Position numbers and translations under genes: made by a program. From Auanema rhodensis (lineage: Eukaryota; Animalia; Nematoda): DNA of 64,000 bases. The stretch lies in assembly GCA_964057225.1 (NCBI GenBank), contig OZ059899.1, positions 12,090,001 to 12,154,000 on the forward strand, written 5' to 3'. The notes under the pieces were generated by a model. That model did not search any database. It saw only the letters and a list, made by a program, of their open reading frames with translations, and was not told the origin of the DNA. The first letter of the stretch is position 1, and the number at the start of each line of letters is the position of its first letter. Positions 12,421 to 25,800 of this stretch are shown piece after piece.

Positions 12421-15175
12421 ATGGCTACAGCACCTGCTCCACTTAGTGAAGAAAATCAAAAAAGAAAGGATTTAATCCTTCGTAATCTACAAGTAGTCTT
12501 ATTTATTTATTATTTGTCTATGATTGATTTTGAAGGAGCATCTTGGAGGTGATAAGATTGATAAACAGTTAGAAAATGGGAAGTTAATGCATCTTTATTG
12601 GGGAACAGCCACAACTGGCAAACCCCATATTGGATACTTAGTACCTATGAGAAAAATTGCTGATTTTCTCCATGCTGGTCTTAAGGTTACACTTTAAAAA
12701 GTTTAGTTATTTCACCTAATTGGTTAAGGTAACAATCTTGTTTGCTGACTTACATGCCTTTTTGGATAACATGAAGAGTACTTGGGAACTTTTAGAGAAT
12801 CGTGTTATTTATTATGAAAATGTTATCAAAGCTTTATTAGAGAGTCTTGATGTGCCTATTGATCAATTACACTTTGTTCGAGGAACAACATATCAGTTAA
12901 GCAAGTATGTGATTTTAAGAATTTCTTATTTGACTTGCTTCTTCATAGGGAATATACCGATGACCTCATTCGTCTTTGTGGATTAGTCACTCGCCGTACT
13001 GCTTTAAAAGCTGGAGCTGAAGTAGTAAAGCAGGTAATTATGAAAGAAATTTTACCGAATTGATTGCGTTTTGTTTGAGGTTGATTCACCTCTTCTTAGT
13101 GGATTATTGTATCCTTTGCTTCAAGCCCTTGATGAACAATATCTTAAAGTAGATGGACAATTCGGAGGTGTCGATCAACGAAAGATTTTTATCTTGGCAG
13201 AAGAGCAATTGCCTAAGCTTAAATTAGGAAAGCGCTGGCATCTTATGAATCCCATGGTACCTGGCCTTACAGGAACCAAGATGAGTAGTTCCGAAGAAAA
13301 TTCTAAGATTGATTTAATGGATAAAGAGGAAATCATCAAGCGTAAAATTGGATCCGCATCTTGTGAGAGGTTTGCATAGTTGTTTCAATTTCAATAATTA
13401 TTATAAATTCTCAGAGAAGAAGAAAATAATGGAGTTCTCTCATTCTATGCTAATGTTGTTTTACCTATTGTTTCAACAATCAAGTTAGACAACAAAGAAT
13501 ATGATAGCTATGAAAACATTAAGAGCGATTTTCTTAATGGTAAACTGTCCGATGAACATTTGAAATCAGCTTTAGCTGATTTTTTGAGTACTCTTCTCAC
13601 TAAAGTATATTCTTACTTTATATTCCTATTGTATCAAATCAATCTTTAGATCCAAATCAAATGTGATAATGATGTCGTTAGAGATGCTATCGAGAAGGGA
13701 TATCAAGCTGTCCCAGATGCCCAACCTACGGCTAATGTTGTTACTTACACCTCTGATCCATCGATCTTAAAGAATTTCCCTGAAGGCTTCCAAGTAAGTG
13801 TTGGTTTTTGAATTCACTGTATAAAGCTTATTTCAGTTGATTGGTCCATCCAATTCAGTAAGTAATGCTCTTGCTGAAAAGCGGGAACTAAAAGTTTGCT
13901 TCCCAATACATCCAAAAGGAAATTTCCATCTCGGTTTTGTTTCCGGTCTTCTCAAACTGAAAGTGAGAATGTTCTTTATTTAAATATAGTATAGTAATTA
14001 TGTTAGGCTCTGTGTGATGCTCATTCTAACGTTAAAGCTACTGTTCTGGTTTCCGGAATTGAAGCTTTCTTAGATCAGGAAAAAACGGAATGGAGTTTGG
14101 TTTCGACTCGTGCTGATTTCTTCAAGGCTACTTGCGAATTCTTACTGTCTAAATTAGGTCTTCAAGACAAAGTGGAAGTAGTTTTAGCTTCTAGCTTCCC
14201 TGATTATTTCAATAAGTAATATTTTTTTATAAATCCTAATTTTTTTTCTGAATTTCAGGGATTATGTTCTGGATATGTACAAGATGGCATGTTCTGTAAC
14301 GGAAGAAGAAACAGCTGTTGAGGATGGTTAGTTGTACTAAGTGCGTTATTTCTTTATGTTTTTCTTTTGCAGGTGGAAATCTTTCTTGTAACTTGATCCC
14401 ACTATTCTATGCTTTAAATCTTCGTCTTGTAAATCCTGACTTGGTCATTACTGGTAATGATCAACAAAAGGTTGCTAGTCTTGCTGAGAAAGTAAGTTAA
14501 TATATTCTCATTGTTCTGTAGAATTTCTGTATTATTCAAGCTTCTTCGTTCTGTTGGTAGCTCTGTTCCTACTCATTTCTCCTATGAATGCCTTCTTGGA
14601 TGTGATGGAAAGAAGATGGGATGCAGCAATGTTGATTTCTTGTTACATCCGTTCGAGACTCCTAAGCAATTGAAAACAAAAATAGGAAGGTGCGTTATTG
14701 AATATACACATTTGCTGGTAAACACATCAGTCTGTTTCAGATCGTTCTGTGCTCCAGGAGAGCTGGACAACAACATTCCAATGCAATATGCTCGTGAGAT
14801 TGTCTTCCCTATTCTGAAGGGCGAGGGTAATATTAATGAAAGATTGGAATCGTTGTTATGGTATCATTTTATAGGCTTAAAGATTTTACGGTCTGAAGAT
14901 AATGGTGGTGATGTTGAAATTAAGAACTACGAAGCTTTGGTGCAAGAATTTTTGGTTGGATCAAAGCCCGACTTCCCACTCCATCCAGGAGATTTGAAGA
15001 AAAGTGTAACTGATGTCATAGAAGAGTAAGGGGAATCTTTTTTGTTTGTTTCTTATTGACTTGGTATAGGCTTTTCAAAATGAACGATAGTGATAAGGAT
15101 AGATTAACCAAGCTCTTCGCTGACTCGTTCCCAAGCAAAAAGGGAAAGGGAGGTAATAAGAAGAAGGCTAACTAA
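12421..15175 (+). CDS. yars-1: Cytosolic tyrosyl-tRNA synthetase, double-length (tandem TyrRS halves)
   Basis: [13 protein letters not shown] (HIGH-type motif, ~12599), [38 protein letters not shown] and KMSSS (~13278). A second degenerate TyrRS copy follows and ends with LHPGDLKK. Stop TAA at 15173-15175. Confidence 0.95.
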
Positions 15176-15618
15176 ATGTAAGTTCAATCTCTTGAACTCT
15201 CTTTTGTAAAATTTGTTTTTAGGGTTATCTTAATATACAAGGTATTTGTTCGAGAAAAGAGGATTCTTGTAATATGAACTTGTTTTCTTTCTTTCTTTCA
15301 AATACGCTTTATTTATTGTTTGATTCTTTTTTTTATTGTTGACGGTGATGTTTTTTTTTGGTTTTTCACTAAAAATTTTAATAAAAGTTTTATTTAAAAC
15401 AGTTATAATATTATGGATATTTGAATATTTAAAGTTGTATTGGAGAATGTACATAAGAGAAGCGTGCAGGAATTTTAATGAAATATGATATCCATTGATG
15501 CTTCATCGCTCACTCTATTCAGAATTTTGCTGGTGGTAAGCCATCCAGCATAAGTTGGAAAATCTAATTTCAATATATTATTAAATTTGAATAATATTAA
15601 GTAGACGATGAGAAGAAA

Positions 15619-16015
15619 TTACTTCTCAATTGGAACAATCTTGATGTTAGGTGGATTTAGTTCAACCTTTTTAGATTTGTTACACTGTCGACGGACGTGT
15701 AAAAGTAGAAGACTGAACACAGCCACAACTGATACGAAAGCGCATCCCAATAAGGAAGCTCTAAAATCAGAAAAAAAAGAATTAGAAGAATGTTATAAGA
15801 GATGCATACAATATTATAATATTCAGCTTTTGATTTCCTCTTCCATCACTTAAAATATCGTCGAGTATAGATTTTAGAATAGATTTATCACTTATACCTA
15901 TAATGCATGAAAATTCTATAACTATTCAGAAAATAATTTAACCATACCTGATGCAATCATGTAGAATAGGGATATATAAGCGGAAAGAGTGTCTGGTCGC
16001 ATAAGAGTCTCCCAT
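15619..16015 (-). CDS. Putative 69-aa single-pass transmembrane microprotein (possible third exon 15563-15515 giving ~84 aa)
   Basis: Exon 16015-15948 (MGDSYATRHSFRLYIPILHDCI, donor AG|GTATGG) joins in phase 2 to exon 15760-15619 (acceptor TTTTTTTTCTGATTTTAG), which encodes ASLLGCAFVSVVAVFSLLLLHVRRQCNKSKKVELNPPNIKIVPIEK*. Confidence 0.6.
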
Positions 16016-16861
16016 ATGAGCTGTTTGTCCGCCAAAAGTCCTCAAGGCACCTCATCTAGCTTGTCCTGTCATTGACACCTATCTAACCTCTGTCGTCGGA
16101 TACGGTCTGTTCACTGCATCGAGTGTGAAGAACCGGCTCATTGAGCGTTCTATTCTAAGACCAGATATAAGAACAATAGAGAGTTTGAGCACAAGAGTTG
16201 TTGAATGACTGACTATAAGGATTGAATGAATATGTGATAAAGATTGAAAGATATTGCATGATATAATATTTATTAATGTATTTGCATTAGCAGAGAGCGA
16301 TTTTAATTTATAAAATGACAATTATATACAAAAAAACTATAACAAACGTATATTGAGAAAGAAAACTATTAAGAGCTCTATGGCCATTTTGGCCAGTAAG
16401 GCCACAAGACACTTGGGGATAAGGCGACTTATTGAAGATGAAGCCAATATTGTTCTGTTTCTTTTCTAAAAAAAACCAAAAAGAAAAAAAGAAGTCAAAA
16501 CATTAAACAGCTAAGGAGTGTTGTTTTCTTAATAACAAACGGAGTTTGAGACTTCGATTATATGTATAAACATTCCAAGAGAAATGCATCAACTGAACTA
16601 GATGTGAGAACACGGTTTAGAAGAAAAGCTGTGTTGTATATAACGCTATTAAGTGGTACTAAACTACAAGTATAAAAAATCTGATTGATGGTATAGAAAA
16701 AGAAAAAGAATTAAAATTTGGACGGAACAAGCTTAACAAAGAATTGAGCAGTGTTAGACAATATAAATAATATAATGTAATGTATATGTGCTTATATGTA
16801 TGTATAAACATGAATGATAAATCTGGACTTAAACAAAATGCAATGGAGCTATAACATGGGT

Positions 16862-19800
16862 TCACCTTCGATTGGCTAACATAACCTTGTTGATGAAATT
16901 AACAACAGCACTAGCCGGTTGTTCTTGCTCTAATTCAGCGAAGACGTGACAAGAATTTTCATATGATGATGGCTGAAACAATTCAATTTTATAAGAAAAT
17001 ACATAGAGCTTCAAGTCTACCTTTCTTGCTACAAATGCGAACATACGGGCACTAGGCACGCAACTGTCAGTAAATCCAATTACTGTATAGTTATTAAACC
17101 TGAATTATCTTCATTAGTTACCAACATTTGAAAAAAAGAGTAACCTTCTCTCTGAAGGATCCATTCCAGCATAAGTAACTGAATTTACAGGGAAATGACG
17201 ACGGAAGAAGACTGTACGAGTATTATCCGTTAATGTTACTCCTTGTGAAGAAACCTGTATGATTACGTATGTTAAGAAACATAATTATAAATTGCTAATT
17301 ACTTTAAAATGAACAGACACCGGTCTAGTTGCTTCTTTCTGAGCTTCTTCTACAGCTTGTACAATTGCTCTTCGAACACATTCACTTCCAGTTAGTGATT
17401 CAACATCTATGCTTCCAACATATGCTACGTTACATGCTGAAATAAATAAAAAGTACTTTGGTATCAGCGTTTCCTAATAATTAAAACGATCTTATTCCTC
17501 TTATTGCTTTTACGGGGATGAGTGGGAGTGTAGAGGGCGTGAATTTCACATATGGTTTAAACTATTTTTGTTCTCATCTTGCTCTTCAACAAGTGAACAA
17601 ATCGCATTTCCGACAAGTTGAGAAAGAATAGAATGAAGAAGCAACATCATTTAAAACGATGAGACTGCAAAGCGTAGTAACAAGACAAAGCATGTGGTAA
17701 GATCGAATAAAGGAAACTAAGGCTAGATAGGGCTAGAAGAGGGTAGAGTAAAAGATGCATTGAATTGAACAAAATAAATAATGCTATCGGATGACTTTGT
17801 ATGTATCGTTAAGAATCAAATCAAAGACGTTATTCAAATGAAACTAAAAGAAAACAAAATAGTAAAATAACTAGAATATATATGAATGGGTAAAATGATC
17901 GTTCATCTATAAGAATGAGGTCAATTACGAATGAAGTAATTGAAAAATGGGCAACAATAGGCTTTTTGAAAGAGAGAAGCAATGGTATTCAGAAGTATTA
18001 TATATATATTTTCTCTTACCTGCTCCTTGCTCGAGAAGAGCTTGTGTAGCTGATACATGCTCAGGAGTTGTTGCTGGATCGTATTCTGGTAGAATTAATC
18101 GCGTGGGTAAAGCTAAGGGTGTAATTGAATGTTGATATACTAACGCAGATAATGATCCGAATACTGGCTGAAATGAAAAGAAAATAGATTAGTTACCGTC
18201 AATTGAAACGAAAATCAATCACCTCATTGTTACATCCCTTCAGTTTCACACCTTTAGGTGATGGCTCAATAAGGAAATGTCGAACCAATTCCGTTCCATC
18301 TCCTACAAATACATATTTTAGCCATTCCAAATGTATATAAATCATCTTTTCGAGCCCCAGCATTATATGTAGCTTTTTGGAGTCAATCTCTCGCGGTTTC
18401 TCATTCAAGATTTGTTAGAACCAACATTGCATCAGCACTGATCCCGATTCCCCCGAGAGCATAAGTCGTAAAATAACACTCCAACTACTAACCCAGATTT
18501 CGAAAAGCACGTTTCTTTTCATCTTGCAATATCGTAGTAACTAAGCAGATATGTTTTCCCTGTCTATATATAGATATATACACATTGAGTTTTGAACCAT
18601 TTCCTCAAATTATACGATTCATTCTAATTGAAATTCCTTTTTTTTCTTGAACAATACGGAGAAATATTTTAAAATGACCGACAAAAGCAGTCACTTAGCT
18701 CTCTGTTCTTCCTAACAATATAATCTCTTTTTCTAAATCTATAGGTCACTTTCACATGAAAAACAAAAACAATTTTATGGAATTTAAACTTATTTTCTAT
18801 ATAAAATAAGGTGGAAGAAGTTAGAATATCAAACAAATAAACAATATGATTGATAGAAATAAGATATGAATCGTGTTCAATGCTCTGATCCTCTATATCA
18901 TTCACCTAAAGGTGATACAAATATTTTTTCGGAACAAATGCTAAGTTCAAAGATCTTTCAATTCATTGTCGTATTTCCTATGGGATGTGTAGGTTGTACT
19001 AAACGATCCCAAAGGATAACAAATGCTATAAGAATCTTCTGTCAGATCTCTTTACTCCTGTGCGAAAGGAGAAGCATATGTATATCCGTCAGCAGTGCAG
19101 TGCGAACAACAGAAAAATGCATGAAAGCGTTTAGTTGAGAGCACGCGAACGTCAAGAAAATTCTGAAAACATGCTGTCTTCTTGGTATTTCAGTATTTGA
19201 CACACATACGCTTCCGGCTTTCAAAAGTTCATGTATACGAAATGTACATATATATATGTATAGTAATGCTTAGATAGCAGTAAATTATATTCAATTCCCC
19301 ACTATTCATATAAGAAGAGAAAAAAATTGTCTTAGTTTTTCTCCTATTTGGAAGCTGCATCCAAGAAAACAAGATATACACATATATACATATGTATATG
19401 CAGGTTTAATCGAACACATGATGAACACGAGACAAGCATAAACATTGTCGATTAAAGAAAATTGTCGTGTTCTTCCTCCGAATTTTCGCAAATCCTTTGA
19501 TTTTATTTTGGTCAGCTTCGGCTAGCATAAGCAAAAGCGAAAGGCAATTGAATCAGCTCCAACTCGGGCAAGTGCGAGCAAAACATGAATAGATAACTGA
19601 ATGACATTCAATCTTATTATACATGAGCAGTTGACCAACAAGACAAAAAAAAAGGAAAGAAAGAGAGAAATCATAGTATTGTATGTATATGTACATATAT
19701 GGATATATACATGATATGTAATTCATACAAACACCGTATATAGTTTTTTTTTTTTGAGGAAAAATATACATTTTCTTCTCTTTCATTCTAGAAAAATATT

Positions 19801-22800
19801 GAAATATTAAAAAGCACTTACCAGGAGCTACACCCGGCGGCGGTGTGGCGACTTTCAGAGCCAAGCCAAATGCTCCAGGAAAACTGTTTGAATCACGTAC
19901 AACAAATGTACCTGGATGTTTATCTCGTAACATATTAATAGCTGAAAAGAAAATGAATTATTACATGAAACATCTTAGACTTTTCTATGAGGAAAACGGT
20001 TTTCTTTTTCTGTTTTTTTTTTTGATTTTCAAATACATTTGCTAAGGCCAACATTCACAGAACAATATTGATGGACAATATGAATGAAGAAAGTAAATAT
20101 CATATTCCAACAACGAAGAAACACTTTTAACGTCATGGTACTATGACATCGAGCAAACATCAGTTTAGGCTGCTTTCAATATGTGAGTTCATAGTCACCG
20201 TTTATCAACGTAGATGGTATTTTTGAGCTAACACTGTAAGTCATGCATGTCTTTCAATGGCAGTTGACCCCCCCACCCCTCTCCCTATTCTTCCTCCTCC
20301 ACCCCCATACTTTCACCAAAGCAGCCAACATTACCAAGCATCAAATGTAAAAGAGAAGAAGAGATTCAGAGACAGTACAATGTTGACAAAATGAATAAAG
20401 ACACGTGAATTTTGAATTAATGTTACTGATAGTTTTGCAATTATGTTTCTTTACCTTTTCTTCTGAGCGAATAGATCAATTTTTATTTATTTAAAAATGT
20501 GGTCAGTATATGATCTAGGTCTCGTCTGTTACACTTAAATGAACGAGAAAACCAAATGATGGACGAGGGCAAAACGATAATGCTTCTCTCAATCTCAGGT
20601 GGCCGCCCCCAATCTTCTCTTTATCTCAACTTGTTAAAAACTTGAACACCGGCTTAGAGTCCTCTTCTTTCTTTTAAAGAAACAAAAAAAAGAAATAAAA
20701 CGAATTAGAAGATATTTTATCCTAATTGAAATTCAATTTGAAAAGGCGAATGAATAGAAGAAGATGTAGAAGTGGTTTCCCATCAACGAGATTTCATCGT
20801 TCTCATAAGATTTCGAAAAGATGAGTACCATGAAGCTTCATCACCAGCCAATCATTCTTTTGCTCACCCAATCATTCTTTGAAACTTGGCGAGACCATAA
20901 AAAACTTGCTCACTATGCCATCATAGGAATAATGAGAGTTATGCAGTTTGTCACAATAATCATGACATTGTGATTATTGCTAGTAAATCTGTTTTTCTTT
21001 GAAATTCAATAGAACCACCTATCCTCCTTCTTCCTTCAAACAACATTCTGATTCAGATGTTCAATGAATGTAATCAATCGATATTGGATAGGGCTGTGCA
21101 CGAGACATTTATACTGCATTGTAAAGCCAAAGGCGAACAAAGCGTTTTGAAAGCCGCACCACAGGCCAGGCCAACCGACAAATTTCTCAACTTGCTTCAG
21201 CAGGCCAGTTGATCAGAATGAAAAGCAAACTGAGAAGAATCAAGAAGCGAAACAGACGAAAATGACATTTTTCTGTCGGTGTGTTGCAAGCACAACACCA
21301 GAATCTGTAACGTCATCAAGGCGCTGTTCTCTTTTTTCTGATCATACAGAAAGGGAGAGAGAGTGAAAAGCAAATAAAATGTAAATCAGCTATGCGACAC
21401 CACGTCTGATCACAATTTCTACAACTTTGAAACAAAAAAAATGTGTTGCTCACAAGAAGTCAAAAGAACAAAGAAAGAGAAACAGAAAAAGAGGAGCTTA
21501 CAACTCATGAAAGTATCCAGTAAAACGCTATTAGATGTAGTTAGATAGATAGTTAAATATTGGAATAATATTATTATTTATAAGTTAACATACCTTGTTC
21601 TCTTGTAATATGTGGTTTATACCAATATTTGGATGTATCTTTCACGAATACTGGATGATGATGTATGATGTCGGAAGCATCTGGAACAAGAAAATATAAG
21701 AGAAATTTACATTTTTTTATAAAAAAAATTTTAAATTTTGATGTTATAATTTATGTGTTAAATGAATATACTCTATCATCCTTTTGATAATTCTCTTAAT
21801 TATTATCAATATCTCTTATTCACTTTCCTGAATCAGCGATGATGATACATCATAGAAACAATTCTTTGTGAATAATGATGATGGTGATGATGATAAAACA
21901 TTGATTATTATTATAAAATTGAAACTAATATTGGATTAAAATATATAAAAATCAATAAAAATTTATAATAAAAAGAATTAGAAGATCATACGCGATGTAT
22001 TCGATCTAGCTTGAATAATATTCGGATGATTATTGTGCAGATGATGCTGAGACTTCCGAAGCTGGTCATCCGCATGATAGTTTGAATTAGCTGGAGAGGT
22101 CGACGAATTTCGACTATCTTTCTCAGATGTTTCAGAGGTTGTTGTTGTGTTGCGAGCCGGCTCAGTAGATGTTTCACGTGGCTGAGCAGGATCGGTTGAA
22201 CTTGATGTCGAATCTGACAGAATGACCGTTTCCACGTACGACGGTTTCATGTGTAGAATGGTGTCTGTGACAACAGGCACAGGTATAGGAGAACGAGACG
22301 GTGATTCATGTTCTGATGAACAGCCACTACTTTCAGATGATGCGAGGGAAACATCTTCGTGTCGTTTCATGTGAATAACAACTCGAGTTGAAGGACCTGG
22401 CTCGCAAGCCATGTCGTAACTCAAGGTAAAGAGTATCGAATGTAGTTGACCAGTAATAACAGAATAGAAAACAGAGATGAAACTACTACGTTCCGAAGCT
22501 ACAACTTATTTCAGAAAACTGAACGTCTAAGCAGTTTGGGAGAGACGACTGACGACCTCACACACAGAGACAGCAAAAGAGAGCTATCGGGAACAGAGAT
22601 AGAGTCTGTTGAAGAGGGTACGAGAGAATGAGAGTGAAACGCAAGAGAAAAAGAGAGAGACAGCCGACTGCACGCAATTGGCAAACTCCGCCCACATTTT
22701 CACCACAACATGTAGTTGAAGCCGCAGGGCCAGTGCTCATCCCAGTGAGGATTCTGCTACACTTTCAACTCTAGTAACATATTCTTTATATCCATCTGTC

Positions 22801-25800
22801 TCTTCTTCTTCTTCTTTTCTCTCTATTTCTCTTTCTCCATTCATCTAGAACTATAATCTTTCACTTTAGATATTTCTGTGAGGGCAGCTGATAAGAGAGG
22901 GGAGGGAATAAATGAAAAGAGATGAGAAATGAATGAAAGATTATATAGGATAATACTAACAGATGAGAGTTATCAGAACAGTAAAGATGAAGAAGATTGA
23001 GACAAGTAAATGAGAGAAACAAAAATAAAGGAGAGAAAACTTATAGCATAGTTAGAGCAATACTTTGATTTTCTCTTTACCTCTTCATTATCCTTACTAT
23101 CTGTTACGTTTCTCTCTTTTCCCATCCCTCCTTCATCACCGAATCATCCATCAATAACAAATACTGGACAAAAACATTCAGGCTAGAATGATTTTCGTAT
23201 TTGGTGCAATAAGACAATCTGATATGAAGCTTTAGCTTGTTATATCGAGTGCAACTGCTTTGGCCGAAGTGTAGGTGATGGATGAAATGTAACTTCAAAA
23301 TACAATGACCAAACACACAATTAAAACACAAAATATCATTCAATCTTAGAGTTCAATTGGTTGACATTGACTATGAAATCATTAATTCATAGTATTTCAA
23401 GTGAAATAGAAATCAAATGAATATCATCATTTTGAAACATTTTTGTGAATTTTGATTTTTTAAAGTGAGAGAGTTATATGATATATGAATGGCATATCAA
23501 ATATCATTCAATATCAACATATTTGATAGCATCTAACTATATCATATAATATAAATTTTATGACAATTGTTAAAGTATTTAATAAATCTCATAAACATAC
23601 CAACTGAAGTTAATGATGATCGTCTACTCAACTGACCGTATTGAGAGCGTGGTGAAGCTGCTCTAAAATTGAATTGTATATGATGACATCAGAATATACA
23701 TCTATGTAGCTTTAGGCTCCTCAATATACCTGTTGTTCAGTGTGTGTGCTCTATCTAGATCACCTTTTCCAGTACCATTTTGGTTGTACAAGAGAGGATG
23801 GAAAGGAATAGGAGTTTCCCGAGCAATTGGAAAAGCAGGTGTTTGACTTCTTTGTGCAAAACTGCTCTATAATAAAAGAAAATTAAATAAATATAAATAA
23901 TTGACGAGGAAAAACATACATTTTCAGGGAAGTATCGAGTAGGAGTGTCTGGTCGATAAATGGTACCACTGGAATATAGTTCTCGTTGTGGTGTTTCTGC
24001 TCGATATATAGCAGCAGCAACACGTTCCTTAAACAATATACATATCAAATATACTTATCAAATCAATAATACCTGTCCAGATATGAATCTTGTAGAGCCA
24101 TCAGATTTCTGTTGTGCAGGTTCCTGATAGGCAAAAGCCGGACGATCAGCAGCACCATAAGATTTATGTCGTTGAAGACTTTTCGATTCTCGCGCTGAAT
24201 CTGCGCGATGTACAGGCTAAAAGAGAAATTGTATACACAGATAGAAGCAGATCAAGTTTTAAGTTGTTGTTGTTGTGTAAGATACAAATAACATACCTGA
24301 ACAATGGTGCTCAGTGTATTAAAGTCAAAATCTTCATTATCTTGATAGTTTCCATTCTGATGTCTGGGGTTATTATAATGAGACTGTAATAGTAAAATAT
24401 ATCAAAATATAATAATAAATTCATACATCAATGCTTGGAGTTGCTCTTTCACTTCTTCCTCCTGGACTTCTACTCCGATCGCGTGGTGGAGGAGTAGGAG
24501 GTTTACCACGAACACGACCCCTTCTAAAAATATTTCTTGAAGTCAGTAAACTGAAAAAAAAAACAAATGAACCTCGGTAACAAATCTTGGAATGGGCTAT
24601 ATGTATTTCTTAAACGTTCCTCTTCACGTTTATACTCAATTAATGGATCAACAGCTGTTCCGCTACCTATAAAATATTTATTTAAGAGAATTATATAAAT
24701 AAATTGAATTTGAAAAAATACCTTCATAGGAATAATCAGCTTCATGACGATGTCTGGTATCATTCTCATCATGTGCATGTTTCAATTCCTGATACAAAAA
24801 TATTTAATATTACAAACGAAATTCGCATGCAATCTACCTCCAGTAACATCTTTTCTTGTGTTCGTCGGCGTACAAGATCAGGATCAAGATCTCGCTTACT
24901 TCGAACTTTCTTTAATTTGTTGCTGAGCCAATCGTCTGGATTATGAGCATCCGATAGAGCGTCGTAATTTTCAGCAAAAAGTCTTCGATCTCTATAAATG
25001 ATTAGATTGATTTTAGTATTGTTACATGCGAAGAAAAACAATTTCAATAAAAAAAAGCAACACCACTACTAACGTCACTAAAACGTCCAAACGGAAACAT
25101 TTTTACAAAGAATTTCTTTTTCTTTTCTAAATAAATGACAAAAAAAGCTAATTGTAACGAGCAAACAGCATAACATGCTTCTAGATTCTCATCAAATTAA
25201 TAAATATACCGGAAAAAGGGTGAGTCTCTTTGTTCCACGTAAGTCTTCTTATTACTTCTTTAAAATATTACATCGAAATATATTTTAGAAAAGAATATAT
25301 ATAACTATGTATAAAGAATATATTATAATCTAACATAATATAAAAGAAAAAGACAAACTATACCTAGATGGCAAGGCAGCCACACTACGACAATTTCGAT
25401 TACGGAAGGCATCTCTGTCTCGAAGTTCCATACAGGAAACAGCAGGAGCAGGGCCAGATGAATTCAAAATATCATCTAATGGATCGCTGAAAAAACAAAG
25501 AAAAAGCATTTTTTTAATTGTTTTAAACTTCAATATTGAAGACATACGTGAAGCTTTCCACAGGCTTTAATTTTTTACGAGGCAATTCAACACTTTTAGC
25601 TCCAGCATGTCGTGGTGGAGGCTGTGGTACTGTCGATGGAGTCTTATAATTTAAATAGAAGTCAGGATCACACAGATCATCCATTACACTACTAAATAAA
25701 TTATAATTTTATAATATATACTATAATTTCATAATAAAATACCTATATTTTTCATCATGAAGTGTTCTATAACTACCATATTTTCCTTTATTCCTAGCTA

